Below are positions 39,900 to 52,342 of a DNA stretch of 64,000 bases, one piece after another (position 1 is the first letter of the stretch; the number at the start of each line of letters is the position of its first letter). The stretch covers positions 128,280,001-128,344,000 of the forward strand of contig NC_086097.1 in NCBI RefSeq assembly GCF_963921235.1, given 5' to 3'. This DNA comes from Mobula hypostoma (Eukaryota). The translations under genes were made by a program, and so were the position numbers. The notes beneath the pieces are model-generated. The model was not told the DNA's origin. It saw nothing but the letters and a program-made list of their open reading frames with translations, and did not search any database.

Positions 39900-40810
39900 G
39901 CAAGAATGTTGTCATCTATATCAGCAATCTGGATGATATTGCGGAAAACTTGATCAGAAGGTTGGCAAATAACACCACAATTGAGAATGTTGTGGACAAT
40001 AAGCTATGCTATCAAAGCTTGCTGTGGGATCTGGACCAGATGGAAAAATGGAGTCAAAGATAGCAGATGGAATTTAATGCGGACATGTGTGAGGTGTTGC
40101 TGTTTGGGAGGACAAACCAGGGTAGGTGAGCAGTAGGGCACTGAGGAGTGCAGTAGAACTGAGAGATCTGGAAATACAGATCCATAATTCCTTGAAAGGG
40201 CCAAAAAGAAAGCTTTTGGCACATTGGGCTTCATAAATCTAAGTACTGAGTACAGGAGAAGGGTTGTTATGTTGAAGTTGTATAAGACGTTTTTGATTTT
40301 TAATTTGGAATATTATGTGCAGTTTTGGTCAAAGTTGTCAATACAGTTGAAAGAATGTGGAGAAAATTTAAAAGGATGTTTCCAGGAATTAAGGATCTGA
40401 GTTAGAGGGAAATGTTGAACAGGTTAGGACTTTATTTCCTCGAGCATAGGAGGATGAGGGGAGATTTGATGGAGGCATTCAAAGTTATGGATAGGGTTAA
40501 TGCAAGCAGGCTTTTTCCACTGAGGTTGGGTGAGTAAATCTAGAGGTCATGGGTTAGAGGTGAAAGGTGAAATGTTTAAGGGAAACATTTTCACTTAGAG
40601 GCTGGTGTGAGTGTGGAACAACCTGCCAGCGGAAATGGTGAATGCAGGTTTGATTTCAACATTTATAAGAAATTGGGATAGGCACATGGCTGGAAGGGGA
40701 ATGAGGAATTATGGTTCAGATGCACATCAATGGATCTGGGTAGATTAATAGTTTGACATGGACTAGCTGGGGGGAAAGGTTCTGCTTCTGTGCTATAGTG
40801 TTCTATGACT
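39900..40810 (+). mobile_element. CR1 RT C-terminus and 3' end
   Basis: IYISNLDD..., DLDQMEKWS..QMEFNADMCEVL, FSLRGWCECG-type end and CR1 tail. Confidence 0.85.
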
Positions 40811-42019
40811 GCAAGAGAGCGAAAAGACCAAGTGAATATTGGCAGATGCCGTTTCAAGAATTAAAACAGAGACAAAACCTTTATTCATATCTGTTTATTA
40901 ATCAATGACCTAGCAATGTACATTAAATTTCCTATTTGAATCTTGTTACTACTGGACCATTTTACAGTGAATTTGCAAATCAGAGACCACACAGAAAACT
41001 AAAGAACTTGGACAATGGTTCATTTGGTTTTGAATGTTAACATGGGAGAAAATTTAATAAAGTTCCCTGAATCCCCAGTTGTGCCGATATGCCTGACCCT
41101 TTAGAGAGGCTCGACCAGTTTGGTATGTAAAACGGGATTTATCCAGCCATAACCTCTCGTTCAGTAAAACCACATCCTTCAGTGGTTTGTTTTTGTTAGA
41201 AATTTGCAGATTCCTGAACTGAACAATTTGGTGGCGAGACAGGGTAAATAATCTCCTGATTACCTGTAATAGCTGTATTTTTAACATAGGGTTTGCCTGG
41301 GGTCCACTGATACAATCTCGGCACATAATAAGTGAATGACTTTGCTTTTGTACTACAAGAACTTAATTTTGCTTCCTCTCTTAAGCTGGATAAAAGGTGG
41401 GGAAATAACCCTGAAGTGGCATCAGTGCATGAATCCCTGAAATGCTAAAGGCTTTGGAATTATTCCTTTCTTGCATAAGGTTTCTAAGCTCAGTTAATCT
41501 ACTGGGTCTTTGAGTTGAGCAGTCAGCTAGCTCATTGAAATTAATGGTAGTGTGAAACTGACAGTGAAATTGACATATTTCCTGAAGAGCCATGTGCATA
41601 TCCTTTGTAATTACCAGGCAACTAAATGTGAATTTCTTCATTCCTTATTCAGGATTGCTGACCCCAACTGTTTTATTTCCTATAACTGTCCCAAATAAAG
41701 AAGAACTGGCTTGTCATCAGATGGATGACCTTTGTGACACATTTGTACTTTCATATTCTTTGAGATTGAAATTCTTTCATCGTACACCTTGGACATTGGC
41801 AAAACTGTCTGCAAAACACTGATCATGATGCAACACAGATTCTCAGCCTCTGGTTATGGAACCAGACATATATCCGTCACCGCAGGGCCAGAAACCAGTG
41901 AAGGCTGCCTCCCTTCCTTTGCCAGTGTGACCATATAATGGCAAGCGGAGAGGGCAGATGTCCACTCATGATTGATCCGATCAGATTCTGGTGCCAACTG
42001 ATTGTTTCATTCCCTGCTT

Positions 42020-42600
42020 AATGTACAGAGAGCAAAGTACAGCAAAAGGCCCTTCCGCCCACGAGGTTGTGCCAAGCTGAGTAAGCTTACAATGACTAAT
42101 TAACCTCATCCTTTCTGCCTGGACATAGCCCATACCTCTCCACCCTCAGCATATGTATGTGCCTATTTAACCGTCCCATAAGTGCCTCTGTTGTATCAGT
42201 CTCCACCACCAACATTGGCAGTACATTCCAGGCACCAAGCACTCTCTGTGTAAGTAAACCTATCTCATGTATCTCCTTTGAACTTTTCTCCTCTTATCTT
42301 AAATGCATACAAAATATATTAGATATTTTAATCTTGAAAAAAAAGATATTGACTGTCTAATTTATCTATGCCTCCCGTAAGTTTATGAAGTTGGATCAGG
42401 TGTCCCCTCCACCTCTGCTACTCCAGAGAAAGCAACCCTGGTTTGTCCAACTTGTCCTTATAGCTTATGCTCTCTAATCCAAGCAACATTCTGGTAAACC
42501 TCTTCTGCACCTTCTCCAGAGCTTCCATTTCTTTCCTATAACAGGGAGATCAGAATTGAATGCAATATTCCATCTGCAGCCTCATCAGAGTTTTCCGGAG
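42020..42600 (-). mobile_element. CR1 3' fragment
   Basis: ccaccaccaacattggcagtacattccaggcacc...; cttctgcaccttctccagagc...cagaattgaatgcaatattcc. Confidence 0.75.
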
Positions 42601-44439
42601 TTTGATATAAAATTGCCCATAAATAAGTGTAACATGCTGTTTTATTTTTGTTCTCAGAGTGCATACTGACCCTCATTGTCCTTGCCCTGTACCAGGTCAA
42701 ACTGGGTCAATACATTAATAAACATGCCTTTAGCAACTATCCTTCATGCGGATGAATTTAAAAAGAAATGTTTAAATTTTCATTATTAATTTCAACTCTG
42801 AGCAATTGACCGAAGTTCCATTAAAATCACTAACGTGGCCCAATATGGAATTGAAAGAATGCACACTTAACTTGGCTGCTTCTGGAAATTAAATGAACTA
42901 CTGGCAATGCAGTCAGTGAGACCTAACCATTCCCTAGAGCAATGCCATAAACAGCACTCCTACAAACCAATGCTGTTCATCAGAACAAGCCTGGGCCATC
43001 TCTCTGCCTGCGTATAAGATATTTTCCTCAAAGCACTTCTGCAATATGTTCTCTGAACCACATTCTACTTCCTCTGTGGCAGTAGTGTATAAATGTATGA
43101 ATCTGTGCATCAGATGAGGTCAGTCCCTTGCGGAAATGTAAAGGATCCCAAGGCACTACTTTATGAAAAGCAGAGATGGTTTTCTGGGTGGGGGAGGGGG
43201 AGAGAGGGATCTGTGTCTTTTCCTCAACTTGACCAATATTAAGATCTCAAAGTATTGCAAAACAACACGTCTTCCGGTCAGCTTCTACATCCTGCATACC
43301 TCTGTAACTCCTACACTGTGACCACATGTAAAAAGTAGTCATTTGGATGAAGAACTCTTTGGGACATACTAAGGCTGTGCAAAGTGCAACACTCTTGAAG
43401 GATTTTTTCTTTTCCTTCTTCTGTGAAGGGTATATAATTATAATAGCAACTGAAGTATGTGACTTAATTAAAATCATGCTAAGTTAAATATGGTTCCTTA
43501 AGATAGTCATAGCCGTAGAGTTGCAGTGGGGATAACTATTAAATGCTCCTTGTGGTGCGCATCTCAAATAGCCTCTGACAACCAAGTCTAACTCCTGGCC
43601 TTCATGTTTGGCATAGCTATTAATCCCGGCAGAACCAGTTCTACTGACAAGAGAATGGGCAAAGGCAGGCTACTGGCACTTTAAGACCAGTCGCTTCGGG
43701 CAGACGGGGCTCTTCAACCATGGTTGGCAGCTCATCTAGGAGAACAAAACCCTAATCTCAAACCTCCGCTGCCTTGTAGCTATGCTCTCTCATGGGGAAG
43801 GCTTCGGCAGTAAACCCGGAGGGAAAAATCTGGAGATGGAGTCCTGGAATTTGTCCATTGAGTCCAGTGTTGACTGGCAACTCCTACGATGCTTCTGGTG
43901 CCAAACTCTATCAGACTCTGCTGTTCCTTTGGATTCATCAACTGCATGGAGGTCATTTTAATGTGAGCTCCCTACCATGTTTACCAACCTCTTTAGATTT
44001 AATTGACTTTCCAATCTGACATGAATGATACCAAGTGAAGCTTTTCTAACCAATCGACCAGGGGAATTGTTGAATATGAAGATCAAATGAAGTGTGTTGA
44101 TAGAGTTGAGATGGGTGATCATCCAGATCTTCTTAGCTGGTGGAGCAGATGTTAGGGGTCCATTGGTCCAGTGCTGTTTCTACATTTTACCAGCACGTTA
44201 TCATACAACATGGAAAAATGTGCATCAAAATAATTGAAAATAGTGTCAAGAAGACCTCTGGCGAAGAATTCTGCTGATCTATTTGTGTACTCGATAGTGT
44301 GAAACAGCAAGATTTCCACTGAACTGTGCTGCTGGCCCAAATGTCCTTATGTCATAGAGGGAAGCCCACTGGGTCTTTGCAAACTCACAGAGCGATCACA
44401 TTCTCCTACTTCAACGTACTTTTATTAACTCCCTCTATT

Positions 44440-44650
44440 TTACACCATGGACGGTTTACACTGGCCAAATAAACCTATCAGCTTGCACACCCTTGAGGTA
44501 TAATGGAAAATGTAAGCAGCTAGAGGGAACACGTGTGGGCACAGTGAGAAAGTAGAAACTCCACTCAGATAGAAGCAGAGGTTGTGATTGAACCTAGTCT
44601 CTGAACGTGTGAGGCAGTCGCTCTGGTAGCTGCACCACAACACTACCCAC
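44440..44650 (-). mobile_element. V-SINE-like element
   Basis: Reverse complement gives gtgggtagtgttgtggtgcagc...ggttcaatc...tggagtttctactttctcactgtgcccacacgtg. Confidence 0.55.
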
Positions 44651-46039
44651 ATCCCCAGTACTGGCAGTGGAGCTATTGCTTCAGAGGATTAACTCCTCCC
44701 TCAATCCCTGCACTTCCAGTCTAGAAGCAGGCTGAAGGAGTTGGTGTGGCTCCTCACTGCCCTGTTACAGAGTTGTGCTAAACTAGGGGGAAGGGGACTG
44801 ATGGGATGAGGCTTAGTTTTTGTTTTAAACATAGCAGATCGATCGATACATACCCAACTATTTTATTGGGTAACTGTTTCCTTAAACTTGCATACTGGTA
44901 TAAAATGAAGAACTATGTGGGAATTACATTGCAGGCCCAACATCTCAGTGATGTCACCATAGCAGAAGGAATTCAGGCATCTGTTGACCCTTGCCACCAT
45001 ACGCAGGTGGAGATAATCCCTGTAGTTAGACTGAGCTACATGCAGCTTCTGGGAACATGACTTCATTTCCATGCTCCCTTTACCGCCTAGCTAAAATATG
45101 AAATGGAAACATAGTCTTTGTTTCTCTCCTATCCAAGTTGCATAATATTGTTTGAGCTGGGAGAGTAGGTTAAATGCTTTCAACATGGGAAACTAATATC
45201 CAATGTCATGAGTTATCGATAACATCATCAGACAAGTTTCACACAACTGGTTCCATATGGCCTTTATAAACATCACTTCACCTTGAATTAGCTTATTTCC
45301 ATAATGGTTTCTACTCCCACTTCCCCCCAGAACTTAAAAGTCAGTTTTAAAGATGTTTATAGTGTCATTCGCTAAACTCCTCCTGTCTCTCTTTCTTCCT
45401 AGAGTTTACAAGTTCTTGAAACACTGGCGTCATCTGATTGCTATTTTGAAGTATATCTCCTCTTCTATTTACCCACTTCAATCCTAATGGCGTCTTGTAT
45501 GGCATGGCAAAGAATTTTCAAATCTTCGGAACTGTGTAACATCAGAATTCACAAGAGCTCTGCTAATAAACAGCATTTATTTTATTGATGTCTCCTCTAT
45601 TGTGACATGTCACAATCAATTCATTTTAAGGACAAAGAGGGAACTAGTAACTAGAATTCTAACTGTGACTCATAATCAAAGTTAAGACAGAGATTTGAAA
45701 ATGTGATCTTCTAGTTACAAATGTTTTAGTCAAAGCAAGGCTAAATTGAGGAACACAGGCTTCTGACATTTGACGAGTATGTGTACAATTTCTGAAGGCA
45801 ATGCAGATTTTCCACAGCACTTTTACTGTTGGACACTTTCAGGGTTGCAGTTTGAAGATCACAATACCAAATGTTGTCAGTTCACTGCGAATAGTGGTCT
45901 ACATATGCACTGCAAAAAATGCAATAAATATCATACTTAGAATTCGGTTGTATCCAATAATGATTTCATTCTCTGTCAATGTTCCTTTTGTAGCACTGGA
46001 GAGATGTTGGACCAAGTTGCTTCTGATGTTTCTTCAAAA

Positions 46040-46335
46040 AACAGCATTTCTTTTCCACCACCATTGATGCTGCCCTCATCCGCTTCTCCTTCATTTTCCG
46101 GACATTCACCCTCACCCCATCGCCTGATTACCTAACAAGGATAGAGTTTCTCTTGTCCTTAGCTACCTGCCTATAAACTTCTGAATCCAGCACATCATTC
46201 TTTGATTTCCTGTCCATTCCAGAACTGATGAATGGTGCTGGCCTGAAACATTGACTATCCGTGGACTCTGCCTGTCCTGCATTTTTGACTTGTAACTCTG
46301 GATTTGCTGCATCTGCAGAATCTCCAGTGTTTATT
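46040..46335 (+). mobile_element. Collapsed PLE fragment with hammerhead core (46225-46255)
   Basis: aacaaggatagagtttctcttgtcctt resembles the 5114 PLE; CTGATGA-atgg tgctgg cct-GAAAC-ATT. Confidence 0.65.
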
Positions 46336-47734
46336 GTTTCTGATGTGTCTGTCACGGATATTCCTCGGATAAAATATTTTTATCAGTGCAATGCCAGACT
46401 AGAACTCCTCCAAGTAATTGAAATACTTATTTAAAGTCTTGGTCACTCTCTCACCCAACTACTCAGCACGAAGCACCTCATACCTTGAGGTCTTTCCATT
46501 CTTCCTTCCCTCCATCATTTAGTCCAACATCATGATTCTTTACATCCTAAATAGTCCTCAGCCTCTTCCACACTGGTGTCAGGAAGTAAGCCCTTATCCA
46601 CTCTGTCCAGACCCCTCTACTGTACATTCACAAGACTTTCAGAACATCCCCACAGCGTGCCAGTAAGATTCTTTTCCACTATCCTCTAACCTTGTGTCTT
46701 GTACTTGCATGTTAGCTCTCAGTGTTCAAAGACTCCTAAATCACTTTGTGTATCATTTCTCAATTTGTTGTTATTTAAATTATGCTCTGCATAATTTTTA
46801 TCCGTGTTTTTCTTATCAAAATGCATATCTTCGCATTTACACATGTTATATGGTATCTGCCATGTGTTCACCTATTCACATAGCTTCTCTATATAACCTG
46901 GAAGTCTCTTTGCATCTTCATCACAACTCATAATCTCATCTGATGCCATTATTACATTTGGTTTCCCTTACCCACATCATTATGTACAGTATATTGCAAA
47001 TAGCTAGAGCCAAAACATTTGTCACTGTCTTAACTCTAAGAAAGTCCTATTTATTATTTCAGTTTTCTACCTGTGAATCATTTTTCAGTTCCTGTCGGTA
47101 TATTATACCCTAATCCGATAAACTTTAATCTTGGACACTAACCTCTGATGTGGGGCTTCATCAAAGTCATTCCAAAAATCCAAATTCATCATACATCACT
47201 GGTTCCCTCTTCCCTATTCTATCAGTCAAATACCATCAGGGTGCTCTGAGAGTGATCTGGTAAGTACATGCATGGAGAGGTCTCAGTGGCAAGTATGGAC
47301 AAAAGCCGAATCAAGTTGGATTGAGCCCCATGTTGCAAATGGAATGAAAGGGAAGAGCTCTGTATGAAATCCAACTGACAGCTTGAATTTGGTAGTAACA
47401 TAGCAATCCACTGGAGGAACTCAACAGGTCGAGCAGTATTTGTGGTGGAAAGTTGGAACTCTGCCTCAGGAATGAAGGTGGAGGGGAATGATAACCAGTG
47501 TAAAGAGGAGTGGCGAATGATGAGACAAGGGCTAGAGGTGATTGTTGGACTAAGGAGAGGTGAAGGATGATGGTGGATCAAGATGGGGAGGGGGCGGCAG
47601 TTGACCTGGGATACAGAGGCAGATGGGTGATAGATGGAGAAAAATAAAAACAGCAGAATGAGCCAGGTGGTAAGAAGGGAGGGTGAAGGGTAATAAGCAG
47701 GAGCATAAAGGCTATGAGTGTTAGAATCCGATAA

Positions 47735-47822
47735 TGTCATGGTCCCGGCCGTCCCTCCCGTTTGTTCCTGGTTCTCCTAATTCCCTTTTCCCTGTGTTTC
47801 TCCTGTTTCTTCTGTCTGTCTA

Positions 47823-47862
<40 letters not shown>

Positions 47863-48495
47863 GTGTGTGTCTGTGTGTGTGAGTGTGTGTGGGGTGTGTG
47901 TTGTCTGTGTTCGTGTGTGTGTGTGTGTGTGTGTGTGTGAGTGTGTGTGTGCGCGAGGTGGGCGTGACGTTCCTTTTGTTCTCCCGGGCTTCCTGATTGC
48001 GGCACACCTGAATCTCATCTGCCCTGCAGCATAATTACCCCGGCTTTCCATCCACTCATTGCCAGATCGTTGCTTCAGCCAGTGTGGTAGTTCAAGTTCG
48101 AGGCCGCTTAGAATTGTGTATTCTAAGTTTTGTTTCCGGGCTGTTGTTTGCCTGTGGTGACTCTGTCTCTCCGTGTTAACAGGAGCGTTACATGCCGCCT
48201 GCCTTCCCGTTCATTCTCCTGCTTGCCGTTTTCCCCCAGCCATGCTCGCACCCTTGCCTGCATCCCTGCTCTGCCTCGTCCCTCCACCCGCCTACACTCT
48301 CCGCTGGCTCAGTGGTTAAATGCCGCGCTCTCACCGCAGCGACCCTGGTTCGATCCCCGGTCCAGCCTTGCTCACTCCTCTGCTTTCCTCTGTCTAATCC
48401 TCATTCCCCTGCCGGCAACCACTAATAGACACTCTTCAGATAACTCTCGCTCCGTGTCAGTGTCCTGCGTTTGGGTTCACATGTTCCTCACAACA
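47735..48495 (+). repeat. 5' LTR (contains (TG)n tract, TATA-like ATAATTA at 48031 and tRNA-like module)
   Basis: Direct repeat of 52164-52881; begins TGTCATGG, ends ACAACA. Confidence 0.95.
48298..48368 (+). ncRNA. tRNA-Glu(CTC)-like module in 5' LTR
   Basis: A box TGGCTCAGTGG 48305-48315; anticodon arm CCGCG-CT-CTC-AC-CGCAG; B box GGTTCGATCCC 48347-48357; closely parallels vertebrate tRNA-Glu(CTC) as I recall it; acceptor stem not canonical. Confidence 0.8.
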
Positions 48496-48496
48496 G

Positions 48497-48507
48497 AACG
48501 ATCTGGC
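48497..48507 (+). promoter_or_regulatory. Self-priming primer-binding site
   Basis: AACGATCTGGC directly after the 5' LTR is the exact reverse complement of GCCAGATCGTT at 48061-48071 within the LTR. Confidence 0.85.
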
Positions 48508-48511
48508 CAAC

Positions 48512-49543
48512 ATGGACCCAGCGGACACAAACACCATCCAACAAGCCCTCGCCAGCCAGAGTTTCCTACTAGGATAGCACAACCAACTCCTCCGGGAGGT
48601 CATAGAGAACCTCCGTTCACTGTCTGCTCATGTCACAAGATCGGTAACCAGGTGGACCATAGTTACTCCACTCATATCAGTCAACCCACACCTGGAACCC
48701 AGCCCAGACAACCTGTAGCGGTAACCCACCAAGCTTCACCAACACCTCCGCCCAAACAGCCCCATGTGCCAGAGTTGGAGCACTACGCTGGAGACCTGGG
48801 GAAGTGCCGGGGTTTCCTCCTTCAGTGCTCCCTGGTATTTGAGCAGCAGCCATCAACCTACTCCACAGATAAGTCTAAAGTTGCTTATGTCATGGGGTTG
48901 CTAAGGGGGGACGCATTAGCATGGACCACAGCAGTTTGGGACAACCAACCTGATATCTGCTCCACTTTTGCCAGTTTCATTGCGGAGATGAGAACAGTCT
49001 TCAATCACCCAGACCGTAGTAAAGACGCCGCCAAGCACCTACTCATTCTCCGCCAGGGCTCCCGTAGTGTTGCTGAACATTCAGTGGAGTTCCGGATGTT
49101 AGCAACCGACTTGGGGTGGACCGATGAGTCACTACAGGGGGTATTTCTGAATGGACCTAGCGACCTGATGAAGGATGAGTTGGCAGTGAGAGACGATTCC
49201 AACAGCCTGGATTCTCTGATCTCCCTGGCCACCAGGTTGGACAATCGCCTCCGGGAGCACCGTAGAGAGAGAACTGGCTGTCCATGACCTTTGGCCACCT
49301 CTCGGCTCTCTTTACCACCTCCCGCCAGAACACGCCTCTCTCTTCCTTCTGCATCCCAAGTAGCTCCCAGCCCTGCTGTTTCCACCGCCCCGGGAGAGGA
49401 ACCCATGCAGCTGGGGCAGGCCCGCCTTTCTCCCACTGAACATCTCCGGAGATCGAGAGTGGGCAAGTGTTTATATTACGGTCAGTCCGGCCACTTCCTT
49501 GCCACCTGTCCCCTTTGACCAAAAGGGGAAGACTCACCAGTAG
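48512..49543 (+). pseudogene. gag: Gag (sushi/PEG10-type capsid with degenerate CCHC knuckle), frameshifted, with stops
   Basis: ATG GAC CCA GCG start; PELEHYAGDLGKCRGFLLQC...KVAYVMGLLRGDALAW...[37 protein letters not shown] at 49468-49509; TGA at 49285 and 49516. Confidence 0.9.
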
Positions 49544-49546
49544 CAG

Positions 49547-52150
49547 TACGTAAATGATTCCCTCACGGCTGGCATCATCCGACCCTCATCTTCTCCCGTA
49601 GGCGCTGGGTTCTTCTTTGTGGCGAGAAAAGACGGCTCGCTATGCCCATGCATCGACTACCGTGGCCTGAACAACATTACCACAAAAAATAAGTATCCCC
49701 CGCCCCCGATCAACTCAGCATTCAAGCTCCTTCACTGAGCCACTGTGTTCACTAAATTGGACTTGTGGAACGCCTATCACCTGGTCAGGATACGGGAGGG
49801 AGATGAATGGAAGACAGCCTTCAACACCCCCCTCCGCCATTTTGAATACCTGGTGATGCCCTTTGGCCTGACCAACGCTCCTGCGGTATTCCAGGCTCTG
49901 GTCAACAACGCCCTTAGGGACTTAATCAACCGATTTGTTTTCGTTTACCTGGGTGATATCCTAATCTTTTCCTGTAACCTCCAGGAGCTCACCCTCCATG
50001 TCCGCCAGGTTCTTCAGAGCCTCTTGGAAAATAAACTATTTGTCCAGGCTGAGAAGTGTGAATTCCATGCCCGTTCCGTCAGTTTCCTAGGGTACATCAT
50101 TGAGAGTGGGCAGGTGAGGGCGGATCCCGAAAAGATCCGGGTGGTGGCAGAGTGGCCAAAACCCATGTCGCTTAAACAACTCCAGCGATTTTTGGGATCC
50201 ACGAATTTCTACCGTCGCTTCATTAGGGACTACAGCCGGGTGGTAGCACCCCTTACTCAGCTCAGCTCACCTGCAACCCCCTTCCACTGGACCCCCAAAG
50301 TGGATTCAGCCTTCTCAGAGCTTAAGAGGCGTTTCACCTCCGCTCCCATCCTAGTCCAGCCTGACCACTCTCGCCAGTTCACAGTGGAGGTGGAAGCCTC
50401 CGACACTGGGGTGGGGCTGTCCTCCCCCAGTGCTCTGTCCCAGACCAAAAGCTCCATCCCTGTGCCTTCTTCTCTCGCCGTCTATTCCCCGCTGAACATA
50501 ACTACGACGTTGGGAACTGTGAGTTGCTGGCCGTCAAACTCGCCTTGGAGGAGTGGAGGCACTGGCTGGAGGGAGCTGAACATCCACTCGTTGTCTGGAC
50601 GGACCATAAGAACCTGACATACATTCAGACAGCTAAATGCCTTAACTCCCGCCAAGCCCGTTGGGCACTGTTCTTTGGCCGCTTCAACTTCACCCTCACC
50701 TACCCTCCTGGTTCCAAGAACGGGAAGCCAGATGCTCTCTCTCATCAATACGTCTCCGAGGAGGGCCCTTCCAATCCTGATACCATCCTTCCACCACCCT
50801 GCATCGTGGCTGCCCTCACTTGGGAGATCCAGTCCGTAGTTAGAGAGGCTCAACGGACTCAACCTGACCCAGGCGATGCCCCCCCCCTACCCAATTGACT
50901 CTTTGTACCTGACTCTGTCCCTTCTCAGGTTCTTCAGTGGGGACATACTTCCCGGTTCGCCTGCCATCCTGGAATCGGTCGCACCTTGTCCCTTTTGAAG
51001 TGACATTTCTGGTGGCCCACCATGGATGCTGACACTCGTTCTTTCGTCTCTGCCTGTTCTGTGTGTGCCTGTAGAAAAGCCTCCCATTGGCCACCTGCTG
51101 GGCTGCTTCATCCCCTACCTGTCTCTGGCCACCCTTGGTCCCACATAGCTCTCTATTTCATCACTGGTCTACCTCTTTCACATGGTAACACAGCTATACT
51201 CACTGTTGTGGACCATTTTTCCAAAGCCGTGTACTTCATAGCCCTTTCCAAACTCCCTACAGCCCATGAAACTGCTAACCTCCTTGTCCAACACGTCTTC
51301 CGCCATCGTGGAATCCCTTCCGACATCGTTTCTGACCGGCACCCCGAATTCATCTCCCAAGTCTGGAAATCCTTCTGACAAGCTCTCGGAGCTTCAGTAA
51401 GTCTGTCTTCCAGTTTCCATCCACAGACTAGCGGTCGGACGGAGCAAGCCAATCAGAACCTGGAAGCAGCACTGTGCTGCATTTCTGCCAGTAATCCCTC
51501 ATTCTGGAGCACACATCTCACTTGGATTGAGTATGCCCACAACTCCCTAACCAGCGCCGCCACCGGAATGTCTCCCTTCGAATGCTCCCTCGGCTATCAA
51601 CCCCCTCTGTTTCCTGCCCATGAAGATGACATTGCTGTGCCTTCAGTTCAGGCCCATCTCTGCCGGTGCTGCAAGGTCTGGAGGGACGCACGCGCGGCCC
51701 TGCTCCGCTCTGCTGACCGCAACCGGAGTATCGCTGATTGCCACCAATTTCCAGCACCCAACTATCAGCCTGATCAGAAGATTTAGCTCTTTTCAAGAGA
51801 CATTCCCCTCAGAACCGAAACCAAGAAACTCACCCCTCATTACATCAGACCATTCGAAATCGAGAGCATCATCAACCCATCAGCAATCAAACTCAAGCTA
51901 CCCAGATCCATGCACATTCATCCCACGTTCCACGTCTCCCAACTGAAATCTGTGTCTGTCAGACCTTTGTGTCCTCCCGTTGAACCCCCTTCACCTGCCC
52001 GGGTCATCAACAATCACTCAGCTTACCCCGTGCGGAGAATACTGAATGTGCGCCGCCGAGGCAGGAGTTTCCAGTACCTCGTCGATAGGGAGGGATGCAT
52101 TCCTGAGGAGCGCACCTGGTTCCCCCACTCCTTCATCTTAGACCCCTCCC
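49547..52150 (+). pseudogene. pol: Pol (RT, RNase H, integrase, chromodomain; protease absent), disrupted
   Basis: [54 protein letters not shown] (YLDD mutated); [23 protein letters not shown]-x5-H...Cxx[24 protein letters not shown]; chromodomain [26 protein letters not shown]. Confidence 0.93.
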
Positions 52151-52163
52151 TCGGGAGGGGTAA

Positions 52164-52260
52164 TGTCACGGTCCCGGCCGTCCCTCCCGTTTATTCCTCG
52201 TGTTCTCCTAATTCCCTTTTCCCCGTGTTTCTCTTGCCCCCGTGTCTGTCTCTATCTCAC

Positions 52261-52302
<42 letters not shown>

Positions 52303-52305
52303 CGC

Positions 52306-52342
<37 letters not shown>

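Noticed and set aside
47734..48051. Cys/Val- and His/Thr-rich ORFs (also 52163-52449)
   Set aside because: Translation artefacts of the (TG)n tract.
48298..48368. Functional tRNA-Glu gene
   Set aside because: No canonical 7-bp acceptor stem, mismatches in the anticodon and T stems, and no adjacent T4 terminator; reported as tRNA-like only.
48130..49287. 385-aa ORF resembling PEG10/RTL1 as a domesticated host gene
   Set aside because: It lies inside an LTR pair with TSD; its N-terminal part is LTR sequence in an accidental frame, and the real gag start (48512) is frameshifted with stops.
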